The notes under the pieces: model-generated | What the model was told of the DNA's origin: nothing | Database searches by the model: none | What the model saw: the letters and a program-made list of their open reading frames with translations, nothing else | Translations under genes and position numbers: made by a program | Assembly (NCBI GenBank): GCA_048941285.1 | Contig: JBHLNS010000002.1 | Location: 91,030-155,029, forward strand | DNA length: 64,000 nt | Direction: 5' to 3' | Origin: Promethearchaeota archaeon | Lineage (GTDB): Archaea; Asgardarchaeota; Lokiarchaeia; Sigyniarchaeales; SOKP01 | Shown here: piece after piece, positions 49,752 through 61,100 of the stretch | How the letters are laid out: every line of letters starts with the position of its first letter | Numbering within the stretch: the first letter of the stretch is position 1

Positions 49752-49825
49752 TTTTATCCACTCTTCTAGTCAAATTTTTCTACTTTGTTTAATCAAGCTT
49801 AATTATTATATATCACTATAACTTC

Positions 49826-50143
49826 ATGAATAAAACTATGGATCAGAATAAAGAGATATCAAAAGAAACTATTGATCATATTTCAAAATTAGCGCTATTA
49901 GAATTATCTGAAGAGGAAAAAGGAAAATTATCAAAGGAATTGGGAAATATATTAAGCTATTTCAAGAAATTAGAAGATTTAGACACCAGTAAGATAAAAC
50001 CTACCACTCATCCAATAGATGGATTAAAAAATGTCTTCAGGGAAGATAAGCCTTGGGAATCTCTTACTAATGAAGAAGCATTAAGAAATGCAAAACATAA
50101 AAAAGATGGATATTTTAAAGCCCCTAGAATTCTAAAAGAATAA
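49826..50143 (+). CDS. gatC: Asp/Glu-tRNA amidotransferase subunit C
   Basis: HISKLALL, FRED, GYFKAPRI. Confidence 0.92.
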   Translation: MNKTMDQNKEISKETIDHISKLALLELSEEEKGKLSKELGNILSYFKKLEDLDTSKIKPTTHPIDGLKNVFREDKPWESLTNEEALRNAKHKKDGYFKAPRILKE

Positions 50144-50151
50144 CAAAAGCA

Positions 50152-51150
50152 TTACTTTTTATATTCATCAGTCAACTTTCTTATAGCTTCAGCCATGTCT
50201 CTTAATGCTTTTCTTCTTTCAGTAGGACTCATTTCATAAAAGTCTTCTTCAAAATCTGTTCCTATCTGATCTGTTGAAGCCATAAATTTAAACTTTTTAT
50301 AAACTAAACTTGTAATATATTTCTCATAACGTTCTAAAGCTTTCCTTAATTTCGCATTATTTTTGATTTTGTCCCAGAGTTCCAAAGTTTCTAATGATTT
50401 AATCCCTAAATCGATTCTAAACCAACTAATTGGAAACAATAACTCCCTTTGAATACCCATTTCAATTATTGCTAGATTTTCTTGATCAATATGAAGATCT
50501 GGGATTATATCCTCTTCAAAAACAATATTATCACTTAAAACATAGAGATTTGCCGCACCCCGAGAGGTACAGACAATTCCTGTAGCAAATCCATTAGCAA
50601 ATCTTAAAATATTCGCCAAATCTTCTAATTTATTTCCTTTAAGATGAAGATTCTTCTTTTTATTTCCTTGAAACTCTATTTTTATTCTATGTGCTCCTTT
50701 TGCATCGGATGTAAGTTTTGGAAATAAGTCTTTATCTCTTGTTTTTTTATGAGCTTCTAATAATTTGTTAATGATTTCATAATCTAATTTAAGCCCAGGA
50801 ATAACTGTATTTTGATTAAGAAATGCATCTACTTCAAAATCCACGATACCATAAAACAGTTTTTTGTTATTTATAATCTTGTAAATCGTCTCTACAATTG
50901 TTTTAACTAAAGCTTCAGGATCTTCTCGAACAGAATCAAATTCCTTTGTTTCGAAGGTATCAATTTGATCTTCCAAACCTTCTTCTTGATAAAAAGCCCC
51001 CCAACTAAGCTCACTAAAGATTACACCTTCTGAATATAAATTATGAAATGCATCGATGCTTAAAATGCTTTTACTTCCTCCAAGTTCAACTCCCAATTTA
51101 GATCCGGAAGCCAATATCGCTAAGGGGGGATTAATAAATTCTATGGACAA
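50152..51150 (-). CDS. Hypothetical protein
   Basis: 332-aa ORF with GTGAG SD; no family recognised. Confidence 0.7.
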   Translation of the reverse strand: MSIEFINPPLAILASGSKLGVELGGSKSILSIDAFHNLYSEGVIFSELSWGAFYQEEGLEDQIDTFETKEFDSVREDPEALVKTIVETIYKIINNKKLFYGIVDFEVDAFLNQNTVIPGLKLDYEIINKLLEAHKKTRDKDLFPKLTSDAKGAHRIKIEFQGNKKKNLHLKGNKLEDLANILRFANGFATGIVCTSRGAANLYVLSDNIVFEEDIIPDLHIDQENLAIIEMGIQRELLFPISWFRIDLGIKSLETLELWDKIKNNAKLRKALERYEKYITSLVYKKFKFMASTDQIGTDFEEDFYEMSPTERRKALRDMAEAIRKLTDEYKK

Positions 51151-51278
51151 GAGAAACTCACATCTATGTAATAATATTTGTACTTATCTAATATTACTTT
51201 TTGAAGTATTCTAATAATTATAGATAGAATATATATATATAATTAGTGAATTAATTAGAAATATTATAACTAAAAATT

Positions 51279-52793
51279 TCAGTTTTTAACTTTAAGATGT
51301 AATTTCTTAAGATAGTTAGAATATTTTGCCAAAATTGAGAAGCATTTTACCGGCATATCCCAAAGATCAAAAATAGGAATATTTGAGTTAATAAATTCTC
51401 GAACCCATGGATTGGAATATCCTTGTGGACCGATATATAAAACAGGAACCCTCTTTTTCTTCACTAATCTCTGTATAGGTTTTAAATAAAGCCCTTTCAT
51501 CATGTCGTTTGATATTTCAAATTCTTCGTAAGTTTTGCCGCCTGAATTTTTTATTATGTCTAAAATTTCCTCAAAACCAAATACGGCATAGATGATAATT
51601 CCATCAATTTCACCAGAATTAATCATTAGTTTTGGAATTTTAATATAGAGATTATATTGATTGAATTGAAAAGTTAAATCTAAGGGATTATCGATATTTG
51701 CGACCGGTGGGACATATTGTTTTAATTTTTCCTTTAATTCTTCTGAAAATTCTGGTACTTCTAAACCCAATTTTTCAGCTACCTTTGCCATCATAGCACC
51801 ACAACCCCCCGAATCTGTGATTATTCCTATTCTGCCACTCTTAGGAAATATTTTGTAAGAGAATGTTCGTAAGTAATAAAAAAAATCTTTAATAGAATCT
51901 GTAGAAATTATTCCTGTTTCTTTAAAGACAGCTTCAAAGATCTTATCTTTTCCAGCAATAGAACCTGTGTGTCCCATGATTGAACGTGAAGCTGCTTCTG
52001 TTCCTCCCGCATAAATAGCTACAATTGGCTTATTGGGGGATATTTCTTTTGCCTTTAGTATAAACTCTTTACCTCTCTTAATTTCTTCAATATAGAGTCC
52101 AATAACATCTGTTTGAGGATCATCTTTAAGATAATCTAAAAAATCAACTAAATCTATATTTTCTTCATTTCCTATTGACAAAGATTTCCCTATTTTTACT
52201 CCAATATTATTACAAAACCAAAATACATGGGATGCAACTGTTCCTGAATGAGCAATAATGGAGATATTCCCTCTTTCTGGAGTCTCGTAAATCCACATAG
52301 TATTAAAACATTTATCAACAAATTCCGGATAATTATAAAATGCGTTATAGACACCCAAGCAGTTTGGACCGATAAATCTAATGTTATACTTCTTGGCAAT
52401 ATCACAAACTTTTTGAGATAACTCAATGCCATCAGAACCGAATTCTCGAAATCCTCCAGATACAATGATTACGCGTTTTACGCCCTTTTCTCCACATTCC
52501 ACTAATACTTTTGGTACTTTAATTGGTCTTAATATAATAAAAGCTAAGTCTGGAACTTCAGGAAGATCTAATATTGATTTATATGCCTTTAATTCTTGAA
52601 TATTCTCTAATTTAGGATGTATTGGATATATTCTATTTTTTGGAAATCCACCAAAGATAATATTTCGAAGCATCATGGCTCCCATATTATCCAAAAACGA
52701 ATTAGATGCCCCAAAAACAGCGATGCTCTCTGGATTGAGAAACTTATGGAGAAAATTATTTTTTAAATGATTTAAATTACCTTCAGACATCAT
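51279..52793 (-). CDS. acdA: Acyl-CoA synthetase (ADP-forming) alpha subunit
   Basis: SIAVFGAS, GPNCLG, GHTGSIAG (phospho-His), SGG, NPLD. Confidence 0.88.
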   Translation of the reverse strand: MMSEGNLNHLKNNFLHKFLNPESIAVFGASNSFLDNMGAMMLRNIIFGGFPKNRIYPIHPKLENIQELKAYKSILDLPEVPDLAFIILRPIKVPKVLVECGEKGVKRVIIVSGGFREFGSDGIELSQKVCDIAKKYNIRFIGPNCLGVYNAFYNYPEFVDKCFNTMWIYETPERGNISIIAHSGTVASHVFWFCNNIGVKIGKSLSIGNEENIDLVDFLDYLKDDPQTDVIGLYIEEIKRGKEFILKAKEISPNKPIVAIYAGGTEAASRSIMGHTGSIAGKDKIFEAVFKETGIISTDSIKDFFYYLRTFSYKIFPKSGRIGIITDSGGCGAMMAKVAEKLGLEVPEFSEELKEKLKQYVPPVANIDNPLDLTFQFNQYNLYIKIPKLMINSGEIDGIIIYAVFGFEEILDIIKNSGGKTYEEFEISNDMMKGLYLKPIQRLVKKKRVPVLYIGPQGYSNPWVREFINSNIPIFDLWDMPVKCFSILAKYSNYLKKLHLKVKN

Positions 52794-52863
52794 ACTCAGG
52801 AATCAAATAATTAAAAAAGAAAATTAAAAAAACAATATGAGGTTTATGAATAGTTAATCTATG

Positions 52864-53079
52864 CTACGAATTTTCTTTTATGAGTTCAATTTCGGCGGAA
52901 AATCCAGGTATCATTCCTTCGTAATCAACAATGCCTTTATCTTTTAACTTTTTTAGAATTATTCTTACTCCTTCGAATTGATTCTCACATAGAATTTTTA
53001 ATTCCTTGTAATTCATCTTTCCACCTTTTTGTTTTAGTTTTTCGATTATAAATTTTTCTTCATCTGTTATATCTGGCAT
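52864..53079 (-). CDS. Small winged-helix protein
   Basis: EEKFIIEKL..GGKMNYKEL..ILKKLKDKGIV. Confidence 0.65.
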   Translation of the reverse strand: MPDITDEEKFIIEKLKQKGGKMNYKELKILCENQFEGVRIILKKLKDKGIVDYEGMIPGFSAEIELIKENS

Positions 53080-53120
53080 AATATATACCTTTTCTGAGAT
53101 TATTAAAATTTGATTGAAAA

Positions 53121-53636
53121 TTAATGCTTTCCTGTACTTCCAAATCCACCTTTTCCGCGCTCAGATTCGGGTAGTTCCGCTGTTTCAACAAATTTATATT
53201 TATACATTTTTGATAAAATAATCTGACAAATCCGCTCTCCCTTTTTTAGGGTGACTTCTTTGTTAGAAAGATTTACTATTATTACCATCCATTCATTTCT
53301 GTAGCCGGCATCAATTGTACCTGGAGAGTTTACAATCGATAAACCATCCCATAATGCTAATCCACTTCGAGGAACAACTTTAAAATAATACCCTTCTGGT
53401 ATTGCTGTTGAAAACCCTAATGGACAACCAATTCTTTCAAGTGGTTTCAATGTATATGTATCTTTATCAACATCAATTAATTCTTTTTTATCATTTTCAT
53501 GAATTATTTTCTTAAATCCAATAATTCTTGCGTCAGCACCTGCGTCCCCGGGTTTTGACGGATTTGGAATAATTGTTTCATCTTTTAACTTCATTAGAGG
53601 AATTGAGATAGTTTCATCAATATTCTTTCGGCTCAT
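53121..53636 (-). CDS. dut: dUTP diphosphatase
   Basis: AGAD, PRSGLA, GTIDAGY, RICQ, RGKGGFGSTG. Confidence 0.95.
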   Translation of the reverse strand: MSRKNIDETISIPLMKLKDETIIPNPSKPGDAGADARIIGFKKIIHENDKKELIDVDKDTYTLKPLERIGCPLGFSTAIPEGYYFKVVPRSGLALWDGLSIVNSPGTIDAGYRNEWMVIIVNLSNKEVTLKKGERICQIILSKMYKYKFVETAELPESERGKGGFGSTGKH

Positions 53637-53722
53637 ATTATATCAATCTAAATTATTTTTAGTTTTAAAAAATAATTTTTATTAAATAATAGATATTTTG
53701 TTAAGTATCAAGATTTCCTCCA

Positions 53723-54187
53723 GTGAAAAATTTGATTATAACTGATAGATATGATCCTAGAGTTGACAAAGAGGCATTAAAAGAGTTATTTAAAGACTTT
53801 ATTGCGATCAAGTCCTATTTCTTCTCTCATTGGGAGAGATTCGAAGAAGAATTGAATCGGAGGACATTGGACCTTCAATATCGAAATTCTATGGTTGTAG
53901 CAAAAGAGGATGGAAAAGTCGTAGGGTTTGGAACTTATACTTTATTCAGAGATTATTTAGGAAATGATAGAGTGCTGATTCATCAAGTAATGACTAAAAA
54001 AGAAGATTCTTTTAAAAAAGGAATTGAAGAAAAAATAATCCGTGAGCTTCAATTATACATTAAAAGATCTCTAAAAATTGATAAGGTATATTTTATTTGT
54101 CCCGATTCGGATGGTGCCACGAGAAGTCTTTTCCTAAAACTAGGAGTAAAAAAGTCTCCCAACTTCTGGTATGAGCATGAGATCTGA
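53723..54187 (+). CDS. GNAT-fold protein
   Basis: VVAKEDGKVVGF, KKGIEEKII, LFLKLG. Confidence 0.7.
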   Translation: MKNLIITDRYDPRVDKEALKELFKDFIAIKSYFFSHWERFEEELNRRTLDLQYRNSMVVAKEDGKVVGFGTYTLFRDYLGNDRVLIHQVMTKKEDSFKKGIEEKIIRELQLYIKRSLKIDKVYFICPDSDGATRSLFLKLGVKKSPNFWYEHEI

Positions 54188-54227
54188 TTAGAATAATAAA
54201 TTTTTTTTTAAATTATGAGTAATACAT

Positions 54228-54746
54228 ATGAGTAATTTAAATAACATAACTAATCTTTTAGAAAAGGTAAAAAGTTTAACAAATCAAGAAAAATTTCAAG
54301 AAGCTTTGGAAATTTTAGAGGAATTATATAAAATTTATCCCAATTCCGATGATGTTAAAAATATCTTAATTAAAACTCTATTCGATTATGGTGGATATCT
54401 TAACGATTATTATAATTTAGGATATGGAAAAGCTAAAAAACTTTTTAAGAGAATTATTAAATTGAGTCCAAATGATTATAGAGCATTTTATAATCTAGGA
54501 ATTGCTTACTTCAATTTAGGTCAATCAGAAAAAGCTATCCTTTATTTCGAAAGAGCGCTAAAAATTAAACCCGATTATAAATATTGTTTATATAACATAG
54601 GATTAGTTTATGAAGATATGGAAAAATATGAGGATGCCCTTAAATTCTATGAAAAAGCGTTAGAATTTGACCCTGATTTTGCTTATGCTTTAGCAGCAAG
54701 ATCAGAAATAAGGCGAAAATTAGATAATCTAAGGCAACGCATATAA
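54228..54746 (+). CDS. TPR-repeat protein
   Basis: AFYNLGIAY..A...ALKIKPD and YNIGLVY..A...ALEFDPD. Confidence 0.9.
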   Translation: MSNLNNITNLLEKVKSLTNQEKFQEALEILEELYKIYPNSDDVKNILIKTLFDYGGYLNDYYNLGYGKAKKLFKRIIKLSPNDYRAFYNLGIAYFNLGQSEKAILYFERALKIKPDYKYCLYNIGLVYEDMEKYEDALKFYEKALEFDPDFAYALAARSEIRRKLDNLRQRI

Positions 54747-54776
54747 GTCGATATTTATTAAAAATTAGATTTATTT

Positions 54777-54908
54777 TTAATCAGAAGTCAATTTCTTATG
54801 AAGAGCACAACATACAATAATTATCACCAGCGCTATAACACCACCAATTATATACTGCAATACCCTTGGATCTGATAAAAAATCTAAAACACCACTTGAC
54901 TGAAACAT
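54777..54908 (-). CDS. 43-aa single-TM micro-protein (absent from the ORF track)
   Basis: MFQSSGVLDFLSDPRVLQYIIGGVIALVIIIVCCALHKKLTSD; AGGGG SD. Confidence 0.7.
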   Translation of the reverse strand: MFQSSGVLDFLSDPRVLQYIIGGVIALVIIIVCCALHKKLTSD

Positions 54909-55063
54909 AATTACCCCTTGTTAAAACTAATAATTTCACAATAGAATTCGTCATATTAAAATTTGACCCTAAAATTAAATTTATTTTAACTTAAACGATA
55001 AAATAGCAATTAAATTGTCTATAGTTAAAAATTAAATAAAAAAATAAAAAATTATTTTAGAAA

Positions 55064-55270
55064 TTATCTCTCTAATTGAAAATTTACTTGGACCCTTACT
55101 CTATAGATTAATTTATCAATATCTTCTTTAACCTTTACATCTGATTCAACGATCTGAATATTTCGAATCCCACGTAAACTCTTTTTTGCTTCGTCATAGC
55201 AATTTTTGACCGCATCTGCCCAATTCTTATCACTTGTCCCAACTAATTGAATACTCTTATAAACTGTCAT
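55064..55270 (-). CDS. Dodecin family flavin-binding protein
   Basis: VYKSIQLVGTS..W.DA..A.KSLRGI..YRV..F.L. Confidence 0.9.
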   Translation of the reverse strand: MTVYKSIQLVGTSDKNWADAVKNCYDEAKKSLRGIRNIQIVESDVKVKEDIDKLIYRVRVQVNFQLER

Positions 55271-55465
55271 TTTGATTTCACTTCTATTTTAATTTTTTTG
55301 TAAGATAATTTGTTATCGGTTAATATTTAAATATTTCTAAGGGGATGACTACCTTTAATATTTCGTACTATTAATAAAAGAAAAGGGAGATGGTAAAAAT
55401 CTTTAAAATTGATCTTTAAAAAAACAAAAAAAAAATAATGAAATTATTCTTATTAGGGATTTCAA

Positions 55466-56806
55466 TTAGGCACTTAAATTTTCTAATAAAACCGCGATTC
55501 CTTGTCCGCCACCAACGCAAGCGTTGGCAATACCATATTTACCATTTTTCTGCTTCAAAATGCGTGCTAGGGTTCCAATTAAACGACACATAGTAGCACC
55601 TAAAGGATGACCAATTGCGGTGGAGCCCCCCATTACATTTACCTTTTCTTCGGGGATATTCAGTTTATCCATACAATTTAATGCAACAATACAAAATGCC
55701 TCATTAATTTCCCAGAAATCAATATCATCAGCTTGAAGTCCAGCATGTTTTAATGCCATTTTAGAAGCAGGAACAGGACCACGCCCCATTACTGTAGGAT
55801 CTACTCCTGCAAAGCCTATTGATACAATTTTCGCTAATGGATCAATGCCTCGTTTCTCAGCTTCTTTAGCATCCATCATTACACATGCAGTAGCCCCAGC
55901 ATTCAAAGGAGAAGCATTTCCCGCTGTAATTACTCCATCCTTAGAACCGACAAATTCTTCATATCCCTTTCGACCAAGTTCTTGTCCAGAAACTGTTTTT
56001 TTGACAAAATGAGGTTTCGAAACAGGTCTTAATCCCGCAACAGACTCAAGAGTTGATTTCCTAGCAGCCATATCCTTATCAATCATTAAAGATTCTTCTA
56101 CATTTCCTTCCACATGTCCTTGGATTGGAATAATTTCTCCTCCATTGACACCAGAAGTGAAGAAATTTTCTTCTTGGCTCTTAATAGTTAAATTATGCGC
56201 TCTTACCCCAAGCTTATCCATGTCTTCTTTTGTGAATCTTGGAATTTCCTCTTCGAATAATTTTTGAGCTGTAGATAACATATCTGTTGCTATTAATAAA
56301 TCATATTCACCTTTTCGTGCAAATTTTTCAACATAGAATTGTGAATCTTTACTAGCAATTGAGAGATTAGGTTTAATCCATTGGTTTGTAATACCCATAG
56401 GAACTCGCGTTAAATGTTCAAGTCCTGTCGATAACACACACTTACTATAACCCGTTGCTATCTCAAGAAAACCTAAGTGAAATCCTGCTCCTGCTGATCC
56501 ACATTGTTTGTCTAAAAATACACTAGAAGTGCGTATATCCATACCTGCAAACCAAGTAGGTAACTTTCCTCCATAAGTCCAATGTTCTCCTACTCCAAAA
56601 GCGCTTCCAATTGTAAATTCATCAATATCCTTCTTTTCGATGCCCTTATTTGCCAATTTGCTGTCAAACATCTTCTGTAGTAATAGAGCAAGAAGTTCAT
56701 CTCCCCGGATTTCACCAAAAACATCTCTTTCTGGCTGACCAGGTCTCGATCGTGAGAATGCAGTGCGTGCGTAATCAACCAACCATACTTCATTTAATTC
56801 TACCAT
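55466..56806 (-). CDS. Acetyl-CoA C-acyltransferase (thiolase)
   Basis: KQCGS, NEAF, GHPLGAT, CVGGGQG. Confidence 0.93.
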   Translation of the reverse strand: MVELNEVWLVDYARTAFSRSRPGQPERDVFGEIRGDELLALLLQKMFDSKLANKGIEKKDIDEFTIGSAFGVGEHWTYGGKLPTWFAGMDIRTSSVFLDKQCGSAGAGFHLGFLEIATGYSKCVLSTGLEHLTRVPMGITNQWIKPNLSIASKDSQFYVEKFARKGEYDLLIATDMLSTAQKLFEEEIPRFTKEDMDKLGVRAHNLTIKSQEENFFTSGVNGGEIIPIQGHVEGNVEESLMIDKDMAARKSTLESVAGLRPVSKPHFVKKTVSGQELGRKGYEEFVGSKDGVITAGNASPLNAGATACVMMDAKEAEKRGIDPLAKIVSIGFAGVDPTVMGRGPVPASKMALKHAGLQADDIDFWEINEAFCIVALNCMDKLNIPEEKVNVMGGSTAIGHPLGATMCRLIGTLARILKQKNGKYGIANACVGGGQGIAVLLENLSA

Positions 56807-56968
56807 TTTAATTTCCCTTTTAATTAATTTTTATATCATTAAATGTATACTAGGTTTTTGAATTTATAACTAAAATTAAACATTTTGATCAAGTGAAGAG
56901 AATTTTAGTATTTTTGTTAATTTAAAATTAATAAAATGCTTAATATTATGGAAAACCTTACTTTTATT

Positions 56969-57373
56969 ATGAGTGAAAAAGTTGATGTAGCTGTTATAGC
57001 TGGAAGTACAACTGATGAGGATGTTTATAACAAAACTATTAAAATTTTAAAAGACAATAGGATATCACATGAGCTAAAAATCCTCTCAGCTCATCGAGAT
57101 CCTGAAAAATTAGACGAGTATTTGAAATCATCTAAAGCATTAGTCTTTATTGCTATTGCGGGTCTCTCTGCTGCTTTACCGGGCGTAATAGCTTCAAAAA
57201 CTGACAGACCAGTTATTGGAGTCCCTGTAAGTGCAAAATTAGGAGGTTTAGATGCATTATTATCAATCGTCCAAATGCCTCCAGGAGTTCCTGTTGGGAG
57301 TGTTGGTATTGATAGAGGAGATAATGCTGCACTGCTAGCAATAAGAATTCTAAATTTAATCAAAAGAAAATAG
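56969..57373 (+). CDS. purE: N5-CAIR mutase / AIR carboxylase
   Basis: [27 protein letters not shown]. Confidence 0.95.
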   Translation: MSEKVDVAVIAGSTTDEDVYNKTIKILKDNRISHELKILSAHRDPEKLDEYLKSSKALVFIAIAGLSAALPGVIASKTDRPVIGVPVSAKLGGLDALLSIVQMPPGVPVGSVGIDRGDNAALLAIRILNLIKRK

Positions 57374-57376
57374 TTC

Positions 57377-58111
57377 GTGGTTTATTTGACTCAAAATTTA
57401 ATCGAATTAGGAAAAAAGAAAGCTGCCATAAAAGCAGTAGAAGAAAATGTCAAAAAAGACATGATTGTAGGAATTGGTAGTGGATCAACCGTTGTATATG
57501 CTGTGCAAAAGTTAGGTGAAATAAATCAAGAAAAATCTCTCAATTTAAAATGCATTCCGAGTTCATTTCAAGCATATCAACTGATAATAGAGAATGGTTT
57601 AAATTTGGTTTCTTTAGAGCAATATCCAGAGATTGATTTAGATCTTGATGGTGCAGATGAAGTAGATAAAGATCTTAATTTAATTAAAGGTGGAGGAGGT
57701 TGTTTATTACAGGAGAAGATTCTTGCTTCAAACTCAAAAAATCTTATCATAATAGTAGACTTTAGAAAAAATTCTGGAAAACTAGGAAGAAATTGGAAAA
57801 AAGGAGTTCCCATAGAAGTAATTCCGATGGCTTATTTTCCTATCATGACGAAATTAAAAGTTTTAGGTGGAAATCCAATACTTCGAATGGCTCAAGCAAA
57901 AAGCGGTCCATTAATTACGGATAATGGGAATTTTATAATTGATGTGGATTTTGGTGAAATAGATAACCCCTCAGAGCTTGACCGTAATTTTAAGAGGATT
58001 CCTGGTGTTGTAGATACTGGATTGTTTCTTGGAATGGCTTCTAAAGTATATGTAGGAACTGAAGGTGGAGAAGTTATAATATTGAAAAAACAAAATAGAA
58101 AGAATATTTAA
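57377..58111 (+). CDS. rpiA: Ribose-5-phosphate isomerase A
   Basis: GIGSGST, DGADEVD, KGGGG, TDNGN. Confidence 0.95.
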   Translation: MVYLTQNLIELGKKKAAIKAVEENVKKDMIVGIGSGSTVVYAVQKLGEINQEKSLNLKCIPSSFQAYQLIIENGLNLVSLEQYPEIDLDLDGADEVDKDLNLIKGGGGCLLQEKILASNSKNLIIIVDFRKNSGKLGRNWKKGVPIEVIPMAYFPIMTKLKVLGGNPILRMAQAKSGPLITDNGNFIIDVDFGEIDNPSELDRNFKRIPGVVDTGLFLGMASKVYVGTEGGEVIILKKQNRKNI

Positions 58112-58118
58112 AATTAAT

Positions 58119-61100
58119 TCATTTTTCCTCATTTTGATGAAAAAACTCGAGAGACTCTCCACAAGATGGACAAAACTTTTTTGGAATTTTGATTGGATTT
58201 CCACAAAACGGACAATAAAATGAGGCGCTTACAGTGGATACAGAATCCGGTACTACATAAGATTTTTCCTCTGGTTCGTCATATGAAGGTCTGTAATGAT
58301 ATTCTTCATATCTAGGCTGAATATGAGTTGTTCTTGGATATTTCTTCTTTCTTGCATAATAAAGCATCATACTAACTATGCCCATAAGGGCTATGATTGA
58401 AAGAACTATTAAAATTATCATAGAAAAATCAAAAGGGCGTTCTGAGATAATCAAAACAATAATAAAATCATCCGTTGCACCTTCGCTATCATATACTTTA
58501 ATATAAAGTATTCCTAAATATCCTTCATTAGTTCTTAAATTGAAACCTGCCGCTGTAGGAATTGATTTTATACCTGATAATGTACTATATCGCATTGTAT
58601 CAGGGATTATAAAAGATCCTTCATATTTTCCAGATATAGAATCATAATATAGTTCAGATACCTCAATAGATTGTGGAAATATAAAAAAGATATAATTATC
58701 AGATACAGAACAGATAAATAAGTTTACAAATACTCTCATATCAGAATTAGCATCTTCATAATTTACTGAATCTCGTACATTTACCATAAAATTGAAGTTA
58801 TCACCCTGATTTGCATTATATGCATAAGAACCTTCATCAGATTCAGTTTCATCAAAATACAAATCAGCATAACCTTCTAAGTTGAATGCTGAACTTGATT
58901 TTAATATTTCAGGCGGGTTATTAACAATTCTAAAAAAGTGTCGGGGTGAACTTGGATTAACATAATTTGAATTTGTAGGAATAATGTAATAAATTCCAAA
59001 TCCAGAGGGATCAGTTGTATTTGGGTCAAAATTAGTACTATAGATGTTTGATCCTTGATGGTTAAATGAAAGCGTTCGGTTAACAGATTTTTTTAAATTA
59101 TAAAATGAATAAGAATAAATTGACATATATCCCTTAATATTCCCATAATTAGAACTATCTAATTCAGCTAATAAATCGGTAGAATCTCCAGGAGCCCTCG
59201 TTGTATTTGACTCAACACTTGATAAATCAAGTATCAGGGGTACTTCATTTTTATCAAAATAGAGGATCTTGGTTATTTTTCTATATTCATTTAAACCAAT
59301 TGTTAAATTTACCTCAATATTATAAGATGCGGACCTTGGATAAGGGATATTATAGGTGCTATTGAAATATATTCCATTATCTGAAAAGGTTGCATTTATT
59401 AAAATTACCTGTGAAAAAGTAGAATTTTTAATTATCACATTTAATGAGTCGAAGAATGTTATTGGAGATTCGGAAATTTGGTCTTTTAAATATAGATATA
59501 AATTAATTTTCGAATTAGAGGTACTTTCTCTCTTTAAATTGATATTAATAGATACTTCCTCTTTTGGTATAAAGAATTCCATAACATTGTTTAATAAATT
59601 ATAATGATCTTGAGTATAGGATTCGAATTTATAATTATAATAAATCCAATGTAAATCTCCAAAAGCTACTATATTTCCTTTTCCTAGAGAAGTTCCATTG
59701 TAGATTGCTACTACAGTGTTGTTATTTATTGTAGCAACAGACTCAGCATTACCTGAGACTGTAAAGCTATTCCCATATTGCCAATACACATTATTAACGT
59801 CATTAAAAAGTTTTTTATCATTAAAATCGCTTATATTTTGTGAACTCACACTCGTTCCAATCCCTAACCACCTATCATTCATTATATTTTCTTCATTAAC
59901 TTGGATATCTACGCCTAATTTTGAGAATAAATAGTTAATATTTTCAATAGCCAAATCTTGATAACGAGTCCCTAGAAAAAATAAATTCCCTCCATTTTCA
60001 AAATAGCTCTTTATATTATTTATTTCTATAGGACTATAAGGTAATATAGGGTTCTGCAGAAAAATTATATCATATTGAACTAAACGTTCCTCGGTTAAAA
60101 TTGAATTATTTAAATCCTTATTGTAACCTGGTGTCCAAAATTCCATATCATAGTCAATTGATATATTCAATTCAGAAAGGTCTGCCATAGCTTCATAAAA
60201 CCCTATTTGGTTAAATTTTGAAAGTTCTGGAAACCAATCATTTAATCCATGATATGATTCCATCAATATTTTAGATTCTGGTATTCTAATATCTAATAAA
60301 ATATTAACACTATCATACAATACCCCTCCAACTGTTAAATTAATTTGGAAATTTCTTATTCCAGGTAATGCATCTTGGATAATTTTCATCTCCAATTCCA
60401 AAAAACTTATTCCCGATTGAGAAGATAAGGGAAGGATCTTATTGAAAGAAATTAAGACTCCTTGGATAACATTAGGAATTTCAACATCATATACAGTATT
60501 ATTCCCTGATATTACTGTTAGATTGAATTTCTGGGAATCACCTGGGAAATTTAATAAATCATATGGTTTAACAGGAAGTTCATCAGGAAAGATTTTTAGT
60601 ATATCATTAATATCTTGAATCGTATTATTCAGATCATTCAAATAATCAAGAGAAGAACTGATATTTATAATTCCCGCACCAGATTTAAGCAAATCATCAT
60701 CGTTTTCATTATTGAGTTTTTTTGCACCTTCAATCAAAGCAATTCTAGCCGTCTCAGGTGAAATGGTGGGATAAGCCTCTATAAGAATTGCTAATGCCCC
60801 AGCAACTATAGGACAAGACATACTTGTTCCACTAAGAGGGATATAATCTGCATCACCAACAAAATTAAAAAAATCTCTTATATAACGTTGTTCCTTTGAA
60901 ATTATTGAATCTGGTGCATCTGTTGAAATAATATTGACTCCAGGAGCAACCACATCAGGATACCCTAAATATCTATAACTAGGACCCCAACTACTAAATG
61001 AAGCTAATTCCCCATTTTTATTTGTTGCACCAACCGCAATAACATCGATACCAGAGGCAGGAGTGGATCCTGAGAAATATTCTGGCCCTGAATTACCTGC

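Noticed and set aside
1935-59934. Numerous short overlapping ORFs in the track (e.g. 1935, 3639, 5679, 9288, 18221, 36310, 57091, 59356)
   Set aside because: They are antisense or alternate-frame shadows of well-supported genes, with no motifs.
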